A DNA stretch of 48,174 nucleotides from a virus (IMGVR_UViG_2711768016_000013), one strand, 5' to 3'. Positions 18,761-29,143 are shown, counted from the stretch's first letter. A program made the numbers and translations. Notes: generated by a model not told the origin, from the letters alone.

Positions 18761-19156
18761 GTGGGATTAAAGAAAATCGTTATGTTGACTTTTTGGGTCG
18801 GTTTTGTTGCGGGATGCACACCTTTACACCCTTCAGATTGCCACAAAACTACTGCTACAGGTAGTTGCAGTTCAGGACGCTGGGATGATCAGGATGAATG
18901 GGGGGCGCAAGCGCGGGGAATCAGAGCTGCAATTAATGCCAAACTTGATGAGCCGCATAACTGGAAAGGGAAAAAATGCAGGTTGCATATGGAATTCTCT
19001 CAGGATGGCACGGCGTTAAAAATATCTACCAGTAACGGTGATAAAGCCTATTGCGAAGCGATAAAGTCCGCAGCTCATAAAGCCAAATTTCCGGCCTTCA
19101 ACAATCCGGAAGTCTACAGAGATTTTCAGAAATCTGGCTTTGACATGCGAGGTTAG
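18761..19156 (+). CDS. Paralogous lipoprotein with TolA-domain-III-like C-terminus
   Basis: GTG start with GGAG RBS; lipobox VAGC; C-terminal KCRLHMEF...AFNNPEVYRDFQKSGFD aligns with the upstream paralog. Confidence 0.6.
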   Translation: MGLKKIVMLTFWVGFVAGCTPLHPSDCHKTTATGSCSSGRWDDQDEWGAQARGIRAAINAKLDEPHNWKGKKCRLHMEFSQDGTALKISTSNGDKAYCEAIKSAAHKAKFPAFNNPEVYRDFQKSGFDMRG

Positions 19157-19407
19157 CTCTTCAATTACTATATCTCATTCATAGCAAACTGACAGATTTG
19201 ATGATGTTCTATATACGAAACCTGTGATGTCAAGTCTGAGCTAATACAAATAAACATAATATCAGAGAAATACATTTTATTAGCTCGCTACGGCGAGCTT
19301 TTTATATTGCATCGTCTCCAGCATATATATCAATTAAGGCTCTGATTGATGTGTCTGAAAGCCTACACATAATAACTATGCCATCCGTTCCGTGCGGAGG
19401 TGAGGCT

Positions 19408-19623
19408 ATGAAATCCATGGACAAAATTTCAACAGGCATTGCCTACGGCACCTCCGCAGGCAGTGCTGGCTACTGGTTTTTACAGTTGCTCGATAGAGTA
19501 ACTCCGTCACAGTGGGCTGCAATCGGTGTGCTGGGTAGTCTGGTATTTGGCCTGCTGACGTACCTGACAAACCTTTATTTCAAGATTAAAGAAGATAAGC
19601 GCAAGGCTGCGAGAGGTGAATAA
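19408..19623 (+). CDS. Pinholin, phage 21 S-like, with dual-start motif MKSM
   Basis: [29 protein letters not shown]... two TM segments, charged C-terminus; GGAGGTGAGG RBS. Confidence 0.85.
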   Translation: MKSMDKISTGIAYGTSAGSAGYWFLQLLDRVTPSQWAAIGVLGSLVFGLLTYLTNLYFKIKEDKRKAARGE

Positions 19624-20120
19624 TGCCTCCATCATTACGAAAAGTCGTTGCTGCTGCTATTGGTGGCGGAGCAATTGCTATAGCATCAGTGTTAATCACT
19701 GGCCCAAGTGGTAACGATGGTCTGGAAGGTGTCAGCTACATACCATACAAAGATATTGTTGGTGTATGGACTGTATGTCACGGGCATACAGGAAAAGACA
19801 TCATGCTCGGTAAAACGTATACCAAAGCAGAATGCAAAACACTCTTGAATAAAGACCTTGCCACTGTCGCCAGACAAATTAACCCGTACATCAAAGTCGA
19901 TATACCGGAAACAACGCGCGGCGCTCTTTACTCATTCGTTTACAACGTGGGTGCTGGCAATTTCAGAACATCGACGCTTCTTCGCAAAATAAACCAGGGC
20001 GATATCAAAGGCGCATGTGATCAGCTACGTCGCTGGACATATGCTGGCGGTAAGCAATGGAAAGGTCTCATGACTCGTCGTGAGATTGAGCGTGAAATCT
20101 GTTTGTGGGGTCAGCAATGA
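19623..20120 (+). CDS. SAR endolysin (lysozyme with N-terminal signal-anchor-release domain)
   Basis: Gly/Ala-rich N-terminal TM segment [18 protein letters not shown] followed by lysozyme-like domain; start overlaps holin stop. Confidence 0.88.
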   Translation: MPPSLRKVVAAAIGGGAIAIASVLITGPSGNDGLEGVSYIPYKDIVGVWTVCHGHTGKDIMLGKTYTKAECKTLLNKDLATVARQINPYIKVDIPETTRGALYSFVYNVGAGNFRTSTLLRKINQGDIKGACDQLRRWTYAGGKQWKGLMTRREIEREICLWGQQ

Positions 20121-20581
20121 ACAGAGTAACCGCGATTATCTCCGCTCTGGTTATCTGCATCATCGTCTGCCTGTCATGGGCTGTTAATCATTACCGTGAT
20201 AACGCCATTACCTACAAAGCCCAGCGCGACAAAAATGCCAGAGAACTGAAGCTGGCGAACGCGGCAATTACTGACATGCAGATGCGTCAGCGTGATGTTG
20301 CTGCGCTCGATGCAAAATACACGAAGGAGTTAGCTGATGCGAAAGCTGAAAATGATGCTCTGCGTGATGATGTTGCCGCTGGTCGTCGTCGGTTGCACAT
20401 CAAAGCAGTCTGTCAGTCAGTGCGTGAAGCCACCACCGCCTCCGGCGTGGATAATGCAGCCTCCCCCCGACTGGCAGACACCGCTGAACGGGATTATTTC
20501 ACCCTCCGGGAACGACTGGTAATGATGCAGGCCCAACTTGAAGGTGCTCAGCAATACATAACCGAGCAGTGTTTAAAGTAA
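20117..20581 (+). CDS. Rz i-spanin
   Basis: N-terminal TM then coiled-coil periplasmic domain; ATGA overlap with endolysin stop. Confidence 0.85.
   Translation: MNRVTAIISALVICIIVCLSWAVNHYRDNAITYKAQRDKNARELKLANAAITDMQMRQRDVAALDAKYTKELADAKAENDALRDDVAAGRRRLHIKAVCQSVREATTASGVDNAASPRLADTAERDYFTLRERLVMMQAQLEGAQQYITEQCLK
20337..20522 (+). CDS. Rz1 o-spanin lipoprotein embedded in +1 frame of Rz
   Basis: Lipobox VVGC, proline-rich (PPPPP) mature part, fully inside Rz. Confidence 0.75.
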   Translation: MRKLKMMLCVMMLPLVVVGCTSKQSVSQCVKPPPPPAWIMQPPPDWQTPLNGIISPSGNDW

Positions 20582-20718
20582 AATCTTAACTACAATATGA
20601 TTCATTTTGATGATTGTTTCATAAGGAACAGTGAAGTAAGATCTAAGAGGAGTTAAATTTTATACAGTATAATCATAATATTGCAGCAAGGTGGTTATAA
20701 TTGAAAGAATATTTAGAT

Positions 20719-22176
20719 ATGAATACATCTCATGTAAGAGTTGTTACTCATATGTGTGGGTTCCTGGTTTGGCTCTATAGTCTTTCAATGTTGCCACCAA
20801 TGGTTGTAGCATTGTTTTATAAAGAAAAAAGCCTGTTCGTTTTCTTTATAACTTTCGTTATATTTTTTTGCATTGGTGGCGGAGCGTGGTATACAACTAA
20901 GAAATCTGGCATTCAATTACGTACCCGTGATGGGTTTATTATAATTGTAATGTTTTGGATTTTGTTTTCTGTTATTAGTGCATTCCCTTTATGGATTGAC
21001 TCAGAACTTAATTTAACGTTCATTGATGCTCTGTTTGAAGGGGTTTCTGGAATAACAACAACAGGAGCAACTGTAATTGATGATGTTAGTTCATTACCTC
21101 GGGCATATTTGTACTATCGGTCACAGTTAAATTTTATAGGTGGTTTAGGAGTTATTGTTCTGGCGGTTGCAGTATTGCCATTATTGGGTATTGGTGGTGC
21201 AAAGCTTTATCAGTCAGAAATGCCGGGGCCATTTAAGGATGACAAACTCACTCCCCGCCTGGCCGATACGTCACGGACACTGTGGATAACTTATTCTTTA
21301 TTAGGTATTGCTTGTATTGTCTGTTATAGACTTGCAGGAATGCCTTTGTTTGATGCTATTTGTCACGGGATTTCCACAGTTTCGCTTGGTGGTTTCTCAA
21401 CTCATAGCGAGAGTATCGGATATTTTAATAACTATTTGGTTGAGCTGGTGGCTGGTTCTTTTTCCCTGCTATCGGCTTTCAACTTCACTCTTTGGTATAT
21501 TGTTATTAGCAGAAAAACGATAAAACCTTTAATCAGAGATATTGAACTTCGTTTCTTTCTGTTAATAGCCTTAGGGGTGATCATTGTTACCTCTTTCCAG
21601 GTCTGGCATATAGGTATGTATGACTTGCATGGAAGTTTTATTCATTCGTTTTTTCTTGCCAGCTCCATGCTCACTGATAATGGTTTAGCTACGCAGGATT
21701 ATGCAAACTGGCCCACGCACACGATAGTGTTTTTGCTGTTGTCAAGTTTCTTTGGGGGATGTATAGGTTCAACCTGTGGTGGAATTAAGTCACTTCGATT
21801 TCTTATACTTTTCAAACAAAGCAAACACGAGATAAATCAGCTTTCTCATCCCAGAGCGTTGTTGAGTGTAAATGTAGGAGGGAAGATAGTTACAGATCGT
21901 GTAATGAGGTCTGTATGGAGTTTCTTTTTTCTTTATACTCTCTTCACGGTGTTTTTTATACTGGTGTTAAATGGTATGGGATATGATTTTCTTACATCAT
22001 TTGCAACAGTGGCTGCATGTATTAATAATATGGGATTAGGTTTTGGGGCTACTGCATCGTCATTCGGAGTGCTTAATGACATTGCAAAATATTTAATGTG
22101 CATAGCTATGATTCTTGGTCGCCTTGAAATTTATCCTGTTATTATATTGTTTTCAGGTTTTTTTTGGCGCTCCTAA
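20719..22176 (+). CDS. trkG: TrkG potassium uptake protein, 485 aa
   Basis: Multi-pass membrane protein; translation from MNTSHVRVVTHMCGF... matches TrkG as remembered; AT-rich. Confidence 0.9.
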   Translation: MNTSHVRVVTHMCGFLVWLYSLSMLPPMVVALFYKEKSLFVFFITFVIFFCIGGGAWYTTKKSGIQLRTRDGFIIIVMFWILFSVISAFPLWIDSELNLTFIDALFEGVSGITTTGATVIDDVSSLPRAYLYYRSQLNFIGGLGVIVLAVAVLPLLGIGGAKLYQSEMPGPFKDDKLTPRLADTSRTLWITYSLLGIACIVCYRLAGMPLFDAICHGISTVSLGGFSTHSESIGYFNNYLVELVAGSFSLLSAFNFTLWYIVISRKTIKPLIRDIELRFFLLIALGVIIVTSFQVWHIGMYDLHGSFIHSFFLASSMLTDNGLATQDYANWPTHTIVFLLLSSFFGGCIGSTCGGIKSLRFLILFKQSKHEINQLSHPRALLSVNVGGKIVTDRVMRSVWSFFFLYTLFTVFFILVLNGMGYDFLTSFATVAACINNMGLGFGATASSFGVLNDIAKYLMCIAMILGRLEIYPVIILFSGFFWRS

Positions 22177-22313
22177 TATATGGCTGATTTATAATTGTGA
22201 GTTTAATATTATGTTGACTCACTCATTGATCCAATACCTAACTTTACCAGCAACACCTCCGCCCCCAGTAGCACTGGCTGCTGGGGTGCGTTTTATTCAT
22301 AAAGCAAGGCTGT

Positions 22314-23102
22314 ATGAGCGAGAAATTAAAGATAGTCTATCGCCCATTACAAGAATTGTCACCGTATGCGCACAACGCCAGGACGCACAGTACTGAGCAG
22401 GTGGCACAACTGGTAGAAAGTATTAAGCAATTCGGCTGGACTAATCCGGTGCTGATTGACGAAAAGGGCGAAATTATTGCGGGTCACGGTCGTGTTATGG
22501 CGGCTGAAATGCTCAAAATGGATTCTGTTCCGGTCATTGTTCTGTCTGGCCTGACGGATGAGCAGAAAAAGGCGTACCGCCTGGCAGATAATCGCCTGCC
22601 GATGAATGCTGGCTGGGATGAAGATCTGTTGCGGATGGAGCTGTCGGACCTAATCAATGCTGATTTTGATGTCTCCCTGACAGGCTTCATCCCGGCAGAA
22701 ATTGATGAACTGTTGACGGATGTTTTGCCCGGTACAGGAAATGAGGAGGAGCCGTATACGACGAAAATTGATACGCCTGTTTATGAGCCGTCAGGCGGTA
22801 AACCGGATATCAGTGAACTGTACGACGATACGAAAACTCAGGAGCTGATCAGCCGGATACGTTCGGCGTCCCTTGATCCTGATATTGAGAAATTCCTCCT
22901 GTGTGCAGCAGAACGTCACACGGTGTTTAATTTCAGCAGAATTGCGGACTATTACGCTCATGCCCCCGCTGAAATTCAGTGCCTTTTCGAGGAGTCGGCG
23001 CTGGTGATCATTGATTATCAGCAGGCTATTGAAAATGGATTTGTCCGAATGACGCAGCGCATGGTGGAGATCATGCATGGCGGGGAGGAGGAATATGCGT
23101 GA
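22314..23102 (+). CDS. ParB-like nuclease domain protein (full-length YnaK-like)
   Basis: ParB/Srx signature ...IIAGHGRVMAA...; 262 aa; overlaps the start of the next gene. Confidence 0.7.
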   Translation: MSEKLKIVYRPLQELSPYAHNARTHSTEQVAQLVESIKQFGWTNPVLIDEKGEIIAGHGRVMAAEMLKMDSVPVIVLSGLTDEQKKAYRLADNRLPMNAGWDEDLLRMELSDLINADFDVSLTGFIPAEIDELLTDVLPGTGNEEEPYTTKIDTPVYEPSGGKPDISELYDDTKTQELISRIRSASLDPDIEKFLLCAAERHTVFNFSRIADYYAHAPAEIQCLFEESALVIIDYQQAIENGFVRMTQRMVEIMHGGEEEYA

Positions 23103-24027
23103 TGATTTTTGCGCCTTTATTCTGACTCACGGGCGACCGGACAAAGTTCTGACTTACCGGACGTTGCGTCGTGCTGGCTATACCGGGAAAATTTTTATCG
23201 TTGTTGATGATGAAGATAAGACACGGCATCAGTACATGGCTGAATTTGGTGAACAGGTGCTGGTATTTTCCAAAGCCGATATTGCTAGTCGTTTTGACGA
23301 AGCCGATAATTTTAGTGACCGCCGCTCAATTTTTTACGCCCGTAATGCCTGTTTCGACCAGGCAAAACTGGTCGGGTGTAAATACTTCATTCAGCTCGAT
23401 GATGATTATCACGAGTTCCAGTTTCGGGTGGATCGCAACTATGACCAGGCCTATTTCCCGATAAGGAAACTGGATGAGATCCTTTCTGAAATGCTTGCGT
23501 ACTACGAATCAATACCTGCTCTTTCCATCGCTATGTCGCAGGGCGGGGATTTTCTTGGTGACAATGGCGGCCATGCTTCGTGGGTGAAACGCAAGGCAAT
23601 GAACAGCTTTATCTGTTCGGTTGATCGACCGTTCTCATTCATGGGGCGCATTAACGAGGATGTGAATACGTACACGAATCTCGGTCGCTGTGGTGAATTG
23701 TTTATGACGATCGGTGCTGTCCAGTTAGGGCAGAAACAGACGCAGAAAAACAGCGGCGGAATGACCGAGCTGTATCTGGATTCCGGAACCTACGTTAAAA
23801 GTTTTTACTCCGTCATGTATGCGCCGTCGTGCGTAAAAATCTCACTTATGGGTGCCAGTCATAAACGCATTCACCATCAGGTCACCTGGAACAACGCTGC
23901 AGTAAAAATCCTTCACGAAAAATACAGGAAGAAGACACCCTGCATATCAATGGGGGTGACAAATGATTCCGTATTCGAAAGTCGAGTCTCTGGCAGCGTG
24001 CCGGATGACTGCACAACAAATCGCTGA
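23095..24027 (+). CDS. Glycosyltransferase-like protein (GT-A fold pattern with DxD), function unknown
   Basis: N-terminal ILTHGRPD...IFIVVDDED and downstream IQLDDDY resemble GT2 motifs; ATG with GGAGGAG RBS, 8-nt overlap with ParB-like gene. Confidence 0.45.
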   Translation: MRDDFCAFILTHGRPDKVLTYRTLRRAGYTGKIFIVVDDEDKTRHQYMAEFGEQVLVFSKADIASRFDEADNFSDRRSIFYARNACFDQAKLVGCKYFIQLDDDYHEFQFRVDRNYDQAYFPIRKLDEILSEMLAYYESIPALSIAMSQGGDFLGDNGGHASWVKRKAMNSFICSVDRPFSFMGRINEDVNTYTNLGRCGELFMTIGAVQLGQKQTQKNSGGMTELYLDSGTYVKSFYSVMYAPSCVKISLMGASHKRIHHQVTWNNAAVKILHEKYRKKTPCISMGVTNDSVFESRVSGSVPDDCTTNR

Positions 24028-24214
24028 CGTTCTGGATGTTGATCTGAACCGACTGAAAGAAAATCGGGAAGCAATGACAGATTTTTATGCGGCCATCCGT
24101 AAGGGCAGAGCGAAAGGTGAAGCCGAGTTACGAGCGGCATTGTTTAAGCTTGCCAGAAAAGGGGATGCCTTTGCTCTGCGCGAACTACTCAGGGTGGATA
24201 AAAATCAGGACTAA
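24005..24214 (+). CDS. Small hypothetical protein upstream of terminase small subunit
   Basis: ORF 23963..24214; likely start at MTAQQIADV (24005); basic, helical. Confidence 0.4.
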   Translation: MTAQQIADVLDVDLNRLKENREAMTDFYAAIRKGRAKGEAELRAALFKLARKGDAFALRELLRVDKNQD

Positions 24215-24217
24215 CTG

Positions 24218-25312
24218 ATGAGCAGACCGGACTGGGGGGCGTTGCAGCAGGAGTATATTGCTGAATACACCCGCTCCGGTATATCTCCGGTGGCATGGTG
24301 TGAAGCAAGGGGACTGAATTACGCAACAGCCCGTCGTTACATCAAAAAAACTCCGAAAAATGCGCAGACAGAAATGTGCAAAACTGCGCAAAAAAGTGCG
24401 CAGAAAAAATCTGCGCAGACTGCACAAAAGCGGAACGAAAAATCTCAGGAAAAAAAGCCAGTATTCGATGCGGGCCTGAATGAGGGCGACGCGGAGGAAT
24501 TTTCGTTCTGTCCCGATGAATTCGGCATTTCTGACCAGCAGGCTAAGTTTGCGATGCTTGTTGCTCAGGGTAAAAAGCCGACAGAGGCGTACCGACTAGC
24601 CGGTTATGAGGGGCAAGGTGCGACAGCTAACAGCAACGCCAGTCGTATGCTTAGAAATGCCAGGGTTTTTCGCGCTATCAGCTACTTCCGCAATCAGTAC
24701 CAGAAACGCTATACCGCAGACCTGGATTTACTAGTGAGTCAGTTGATGGCTATTGTCCTGGCCGACCCCAATCAGCTTGCACAATTTCGCCGTGTTAACT
24801 GCCGTTATTGCTGGGGCGAGAATCATCTCTACCAGTGGCGCGATATAGCAGAATTCGACAAGGCAGCGGCGCAGGCTTCCAGAGATGGCAAACCCGAACC
24901 GGAATATGGAGGCCTCGGCTTTGTTGATAACGCCATACCCAATCCGGACTGCCCGAAGTGCTGCGGTGAGGGAACGGGACAGCTTTATATGGCTGATACC
25001 ACTCTGCTTGATGGGGATGCGCGGCAATTATATGCAGGGGCAAAATTCGGAAAATTCGGCGTTGAGATCCTGCTGGAGGATAAGGCTGCCGCCCGGCGTG
25101 AATTGTTGCGTTTGTTTTCTGCTGGCGGGGCTTTATGTGCAGATAAGCGGCTACGGGAACTGGAAATTGAACGGCGCAGAATGGAAAACCAGAAGCTGCG
25201 CAAAGAGATCGAAACGGTGGAAGATAATGAACATCCCCAGCCTGTGGCGATCAATATTAATGTGGTTGATGCCAGAGTAAGGAGTGATGAAGATGATCTC
25301 TCCGACGCTTAA
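24218..25312 (+). CDS. Terminase small subunit
   Basis: Position immediately upstream of the large terminase; N-terminal HTH-like region; coiled C-terminal part. Confidence 0.7.
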   Translation: MSRPDWGALQQEYIAEYTRSGISPVAWCEARGLNYATARRYIKKTPKNAQTEMCKTAQKSAQKKSAQTAQKRNEKSQEKKPVFDAGLNEGDAEEFSFCPDEFGISDQQAKFAMLVAQGKKPTEAYRLAGYEGQGATANSNASRMLRNARVFRAISYFRNQYQKRYTADLDLLVSQLMAIVLADPNQLAQFRRVNCRYCWGENHLYQWRDIAEFDKAAAQASRDGKPEPEYGGLGFVDNAIPNPDCPKCCGEGTGQLYMADTTLLDGDARQLYAGAKFGKFGVEILLEDKAAARRELLRLFSAGGALCADKRLRELEIERRRMENQKLRKEIETVEDNEHPQPVAININVVDARVRSDEDDLSDA

Positions 25313-26594
25313 TGTGCCTCAGGCGCGATTTCTTTCAATGCCCCATAAATTTAAAGCCTATATTGCTGGTTTTGGCTCGGGCAAAACATGGGTTGGGTGT
25401 GGCGGCATATGCAAGGGGATTTGGGAGCATCCAGGTATAAATCAGGGATATTTTGCGCCAACGTATCCCCAAATTCGCGATATTTTTTACCCTACAGTGG
25501 AAGAAGTTGCTGCTGACTGGGGATTGAACGTAAAAATTAATGAGGGAAATAAAGAGGTTCACTTTTATTACGGACGCCAGTATCGGGGAACCACTATCTG
25601 CAGATCGATGGAGAAGCCACAAACGATCGTCGGTTTCAAAATTGGTAATGCGTTGGTGGATGAACTGGACATTTTGCCGAAGGAAAAAGCCAGAACGGCG
25701 TGGCGCAAGATAATTGCACGTATGCGTTATAAGATTGATGGACTTCGCAACGGTATTGACGTTACAACCACGCCGGAAGGATTCAAATTTGTCTACGAGC
25801 AGTTTGTTAAAGCCGTGCGTGAAAAAACAGAGCTGGCCTCACTGTATGGTCTGGTGCAGGCATCTACTTTCGATAATGAAAAGAACCTGCCAGCAGATTA
25901 CATTCCTTCGCTTCTTGAATCATACCCTCCAGAGCTGATTAAAGCCTATCTTCGAGGACAGTTTACTAACCTGACAAGTGGTACTGTTTACCATCAGTTT
26001 GACCGGAAACTGAATAATTGCGAAGAAGTGGAGCAGCCAGGGGAGCCGATTTATATTGGGATGGATTTTAACGTTGGAAAGATGGCGGGAATCGTCCATG
26101 TGCTGCGTTTGGGGCTTCCATGTGCGGTAACTGAAATCATCAATGCCTACGATACGCCGGATATGATCCGCATCATTAAAGAACGCTTCTGGCTGTATGA
26201 TGGGAATGATTACCGGAAAGTGAGGGAAATTTATATTTATCCAGATGCTTCCGGGGATTCCAGAAAATCAAGTAACGCAAGTACGACGGATATAGCCCAG
26301 CTTAAGCAGGCTGGTTTTAACGTTGTGGTGAACAGCTCGAACCCGCCAGTAAAAGATCGCGTTAACTCAATGAATGCAATGTTCTGCAATGCCAATGGTG
26401 AGCGTCGCTATAAAGTTAATGTGAAGCGTTGCCCGTTATATGCCGAATCTCTGGAGCAACAGGTCTGGGATGAGAAGGGGGAGCCTGATAAAAAATCTGG
26501 CAATGATCACCCGAATGATGCCGGAGGTTATTTCATCGTTAAGCAATTCCCTATTGTCAAACCGACCGGAAGAGTCACATCACTTCGGATTTAA
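25293..26594 (+). CDS. Terminase large subunit (ATPase/nuclease)
   Basis: Walker A-like GFGSGKT; acidic nuclease-region residues; AAGGAG RBS about 9 nt before ATG 25293. Confidence 0.88.
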   Translation: MISPTLNVPQARFLSMPHKFKAYIAGFGSGKTWVGCGGICKGIWEHPGINQGYFAPTYPQIRDIFYPTVEEVAADWGLNVKINEGNKEVHFYYGRQYRGTTICRSMEKPQTIVGFKIGNALVDELDILPKEKARTAWRKIIARMRYKIDGLRNGIDVTTTPEGFKFVYEQFVKAVREKTELASLYGLVQASTFDNEKNLPADYIPSLLESYPPELIKAYLRGQFTNLTSGTVYHQFDRKLNNCEEVEQPGEPIYIGMDFNVGKMAGIVHVLRLGLPCAVTEIINAYDTPDMIRIIKERFWLYDGNDYRKVREIYIYPDASGDSRKSSNASTTDIAQLKQAGFNVVVNSSNPPVKDRVNSMNAMFCNANGERRYKVNVKRCPLYAESLEQQVWDEKGEPDKKSGNDHPNDAGGYFIVKQFPIVKPTGRVTSLRI

Positions 26595-26596
26595 TT

Positions 26597-28003
26597 ATGG
26601 CTGATATATCAACACCCAACCTCGACTATAACGATATGCTGGAGGCGTGGGATATTAACGACGCACTGATGGGCGGTACGCTTGAAATGCGCAGGCAGGG
26701 GGAAAATTATCTCCCAAAATGGCCTAACGAAGATGAAGACGCTTATAAAAAACGCCTGTCTGTGGCTACGCTACTTCCTGTGTATGAAGAAAGCATCAAG
26801 CAAAATATTGGGCGCATATTTGCAGAGCCGACAGTATTGAGTGAGGAAACGCCGGCAAAAATCAGGGAATATGCAGAAAATATCGACATGGAGGGGAGCC
26901 GACTGGATGTGTGGGCGCAGCAATTTTTCAGCCTCGCATTTCAGTATGGTGTGGCACATGCGCTGGTGGACTATCCACGAACGGATATGAAAGAGATTCG
27001 GACAAAAGCCGATGAAAACGCGACCGGTGGTCGTCCGTACGTTACGATGCTGAATCCACGCCAGGTTATTGGATGGAAATCGAAAGTTGAAAAAGGGAAA
27101 GTTGTTCTCACTGATTTGCGTATAAAAGAGGTCATCATTATTGATGGTGATGATTTCGGGCAGAAGAAGGTGGAGCAGATCCGCCATATTATGCCCCGTC
27201 GAGTTGAAATTTATCGACGTAGCGAAGGCACTAATGGCGAATCTGTCTGGACGCTTCATGAGTCATGGAATACCAGCCGTGATGATATTCCTCTGGTAAC
27301 ACTGTACACGAAGAAAACAGGATTTATGCGTGGTACACCGCCATTGCTTAATCTTGGCTTGCTGAATATCAAGCACTGGCAAAGCCAGAGCGAGCAGGAC
27401 AATATTCTTCATGTTGCCCGCGTTCCATTGCTGGTGGCCTACGGGCTGGACAGGAATGAAGAACTGACGGTTGGTGCATCCACCGCTACGATTTTTGAGG
27501 ACAGAACAAAAAATGGCCTCGAATATGTTGAACATAGTGGCGCAGCGATAGAATCTGGCGAAACATCACTTGAGAAGCTGGAAAATCAGATGCGTCATGC
27601 CGGCGCTAAACTTCTGCGTGCTGAAAATACATCCACCAAATCTGTTGATCAGACTAATGAAGAGCGAATGCAGGAAAACTCGCCGCTTTATACAATGGCG
27701 AACTCCCTCGAAGATGCCCTCGATAATATTCTCCAGATAATGGCGGAATGGATCGGAGAGAGTTGCGGTGGCAATGTGGATGTGCGCACTGAACTGGATG
27801 TATCTGCCCAGGTGTTTGACTCATCCTCCGCGCTGGCTGTTCAGTCATTGCGTCAGGGCGGTGATATACGTCAGATTGATGCGGTTCGGGTGTTGCAGGC
27901 GTTGAAATTTATCGATCAGGATTCCCGTCCAGAGGAAGTGATCGATGAATTAAAAAATCAGAGTGTAATGCTGATGGAAATCAATGATGCAAACCGTGAA
28001 TGA
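26597..28003 (+). CDS. Portal protein
   Basis: 468-aa ORF directly after terminase, size and position typical of portal. Confidence 0.75.
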   Translation: MADISTPNLDYNDMLEAWDINDALMGGTLEMRRQGENYLPKWPNEDEDAYKKRLSVATLLPVYEESIKQNIGRIFAEPTVLSEETPAKIREYAENIDMEGSRLDVWAQQFFSLAFQYGVAHALVDYPRTDMKEIRTKADENATGGRPYVTMLNPRQVIGWKSKVEKGKVVLTDLRIKEVIIIDGDDFGQKKVEQIRHIMPRRVEIYRRSEGTNGESVWTLHESWNTSRDDIPLVTLYTKKTGFMRGTPPLLNLGLLNIKHWQSQSEQDNILHVARVPLLVAYGLDRNEELTVGASTATIFEDRTKNGLEYVEHSGAAIESGETSLEKLENQMRHAGAKLLRAENTSTKSVDQTNEERMQENSPLYTMANSLEDALDNILQIMAEWIGESCGGNVDVRTELDVSAQVFDSSSALAVQSLRQGGDIRQIDAVRVLQALKFIDQDSRPEEVIDELKNQSVMLMEINDANRE

Positions 28004-29099
28004 ACGGCTGCGTGATGAATCAATTGCTCATGCAGTCTGGATATCCCGCTATAGCACTGGCGTGGCTGCCAGAATGGTGAAAATACTGAATGACAGCGAT
28101 GCGGAACTTACTGCTCGCCTGCTGATAGCACTGGACAGCCTCGATCCAGGTAGTTTTACCGTTAAGCGCCTGGAGTCACTTCTGGCGAGCGTCAGAGAGG
28201 TTAACCGCACTGCTATTAACAGCATGTTTACCAGTCTCTCCGGAGAGCTGAACGAGCTGGCAATTTATGAGGCTGGTTATCAGTTAAGTCTGTTTGATTC
28301 TATGCTACCTGATTTTGTTGCTGATGTTCACCCTCTGGTTGGTATCTCTCCTGATGCACTTTATGCCGCTGCAATGGCGCGACCATTCCAGGGACGACTG
28401 CTCAGTGAGTGGGCCTCAGATCTTGAGGCGGATCGGCTCAGACGCATAACAAATACAGTGCGTCAGGGTTTTTTGCTGGGGGATACCAATGAGCAGATCG
28501 CAAGAAAAATTCGGGGACATGTCAGTAAGGGATTTCAGGATGGTGCATTGCAGATGAGCCGGGCTAATGCGGCCAGCATTGCAAAAACAGCGGTTGGACA
28601 TCTTGCTGCTACTGCCCGTGAGAGTTTTGCCAGCGCGAATAATGATTTGATTAAGGGTAAGCAATGGTTATCAACGCTTGATAATCGTACTACGCCACAA
28701 TGTCGAATCAGGGATCGCCTCAAATATACGCTGAATAATAAACCTGTAGGTCACAGCGTGCCTTATTTGCAGGGGCCGGGAAAAATTCATTTCTGCTGCC
28801 GCTCAACGGAAACGTTCATTCTGAAATCAGCGAAGGAACTGGGTATTGATGTTCGCGATATTTCCCCGGCTGAGCGGGCCAGCATGGATGGCGTGGTGGC
28901 CGGAGATACAACCTACAGGGAATGGTTTTTGCGTCAGCCTTACACCAGACAAAAACAGATTGTGGGGGAAAGCCGAGCAAAGCTGATTCGGGATGGTGGT
29001 ATGTCGCCAGATGAATTTTACACCGATAAAGGCGAATGGCTGACGCTGAAGCAGCTCCGTGAGCGTGATGCACAGGTATTCAGAAAAGCAGGGATTTAA
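27984..29099 (+). CDS. Head morphogenesis protein (Mu F / SPP1 gp7-like minor head protein)
   Basis: 371 aa following portal with overlap; family assignment from motif memory. Confidence 0.65.
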   Translation: MMQTVNERLRDESIAHAVWISRYSTGVAARMVKILNDSDAELTARLLIALDSLDPGSFTVKRLESLLASVREVNRTAINSMFTSLSGELNELAIYEAGYQLSLFDSMLPDFVADVHPLVGISPDALYAAAMARPFQGRLLSEWASDLEADRLRRITNTVRQGFLLGDTNEQIARKIRGHVSKGFQDGALQMSRANAASIAKTAVGHLAATARESFASANNDLIKGKQWLSTLDNRTTPQCRIRDRLKYTLNNKPVGHSVPYLQGPGKIHFCCRSTETFILKSAKELGIDVRDISPAERASMDGVVAGDTTYREWFLRQPYTRQKQIVGESRAKLIRDGGMSPDEFYTDKGEWLTLKQLRERDAQVFRKAGI

Positions 29100-29118
29100 A
29101 TAAATCATTTATTACAAC

Positions 29119-29143
29119 AGGCTACCTTCGGGTGGCCTTTTTT
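29119..29143 (+). terminator. Intra-operon hairpin with UUCG tetraloop and T-run
   Basis: AGGCTACC-TTCG-GGTGGCCT followed by TTTTT. Confidence 0.55.
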
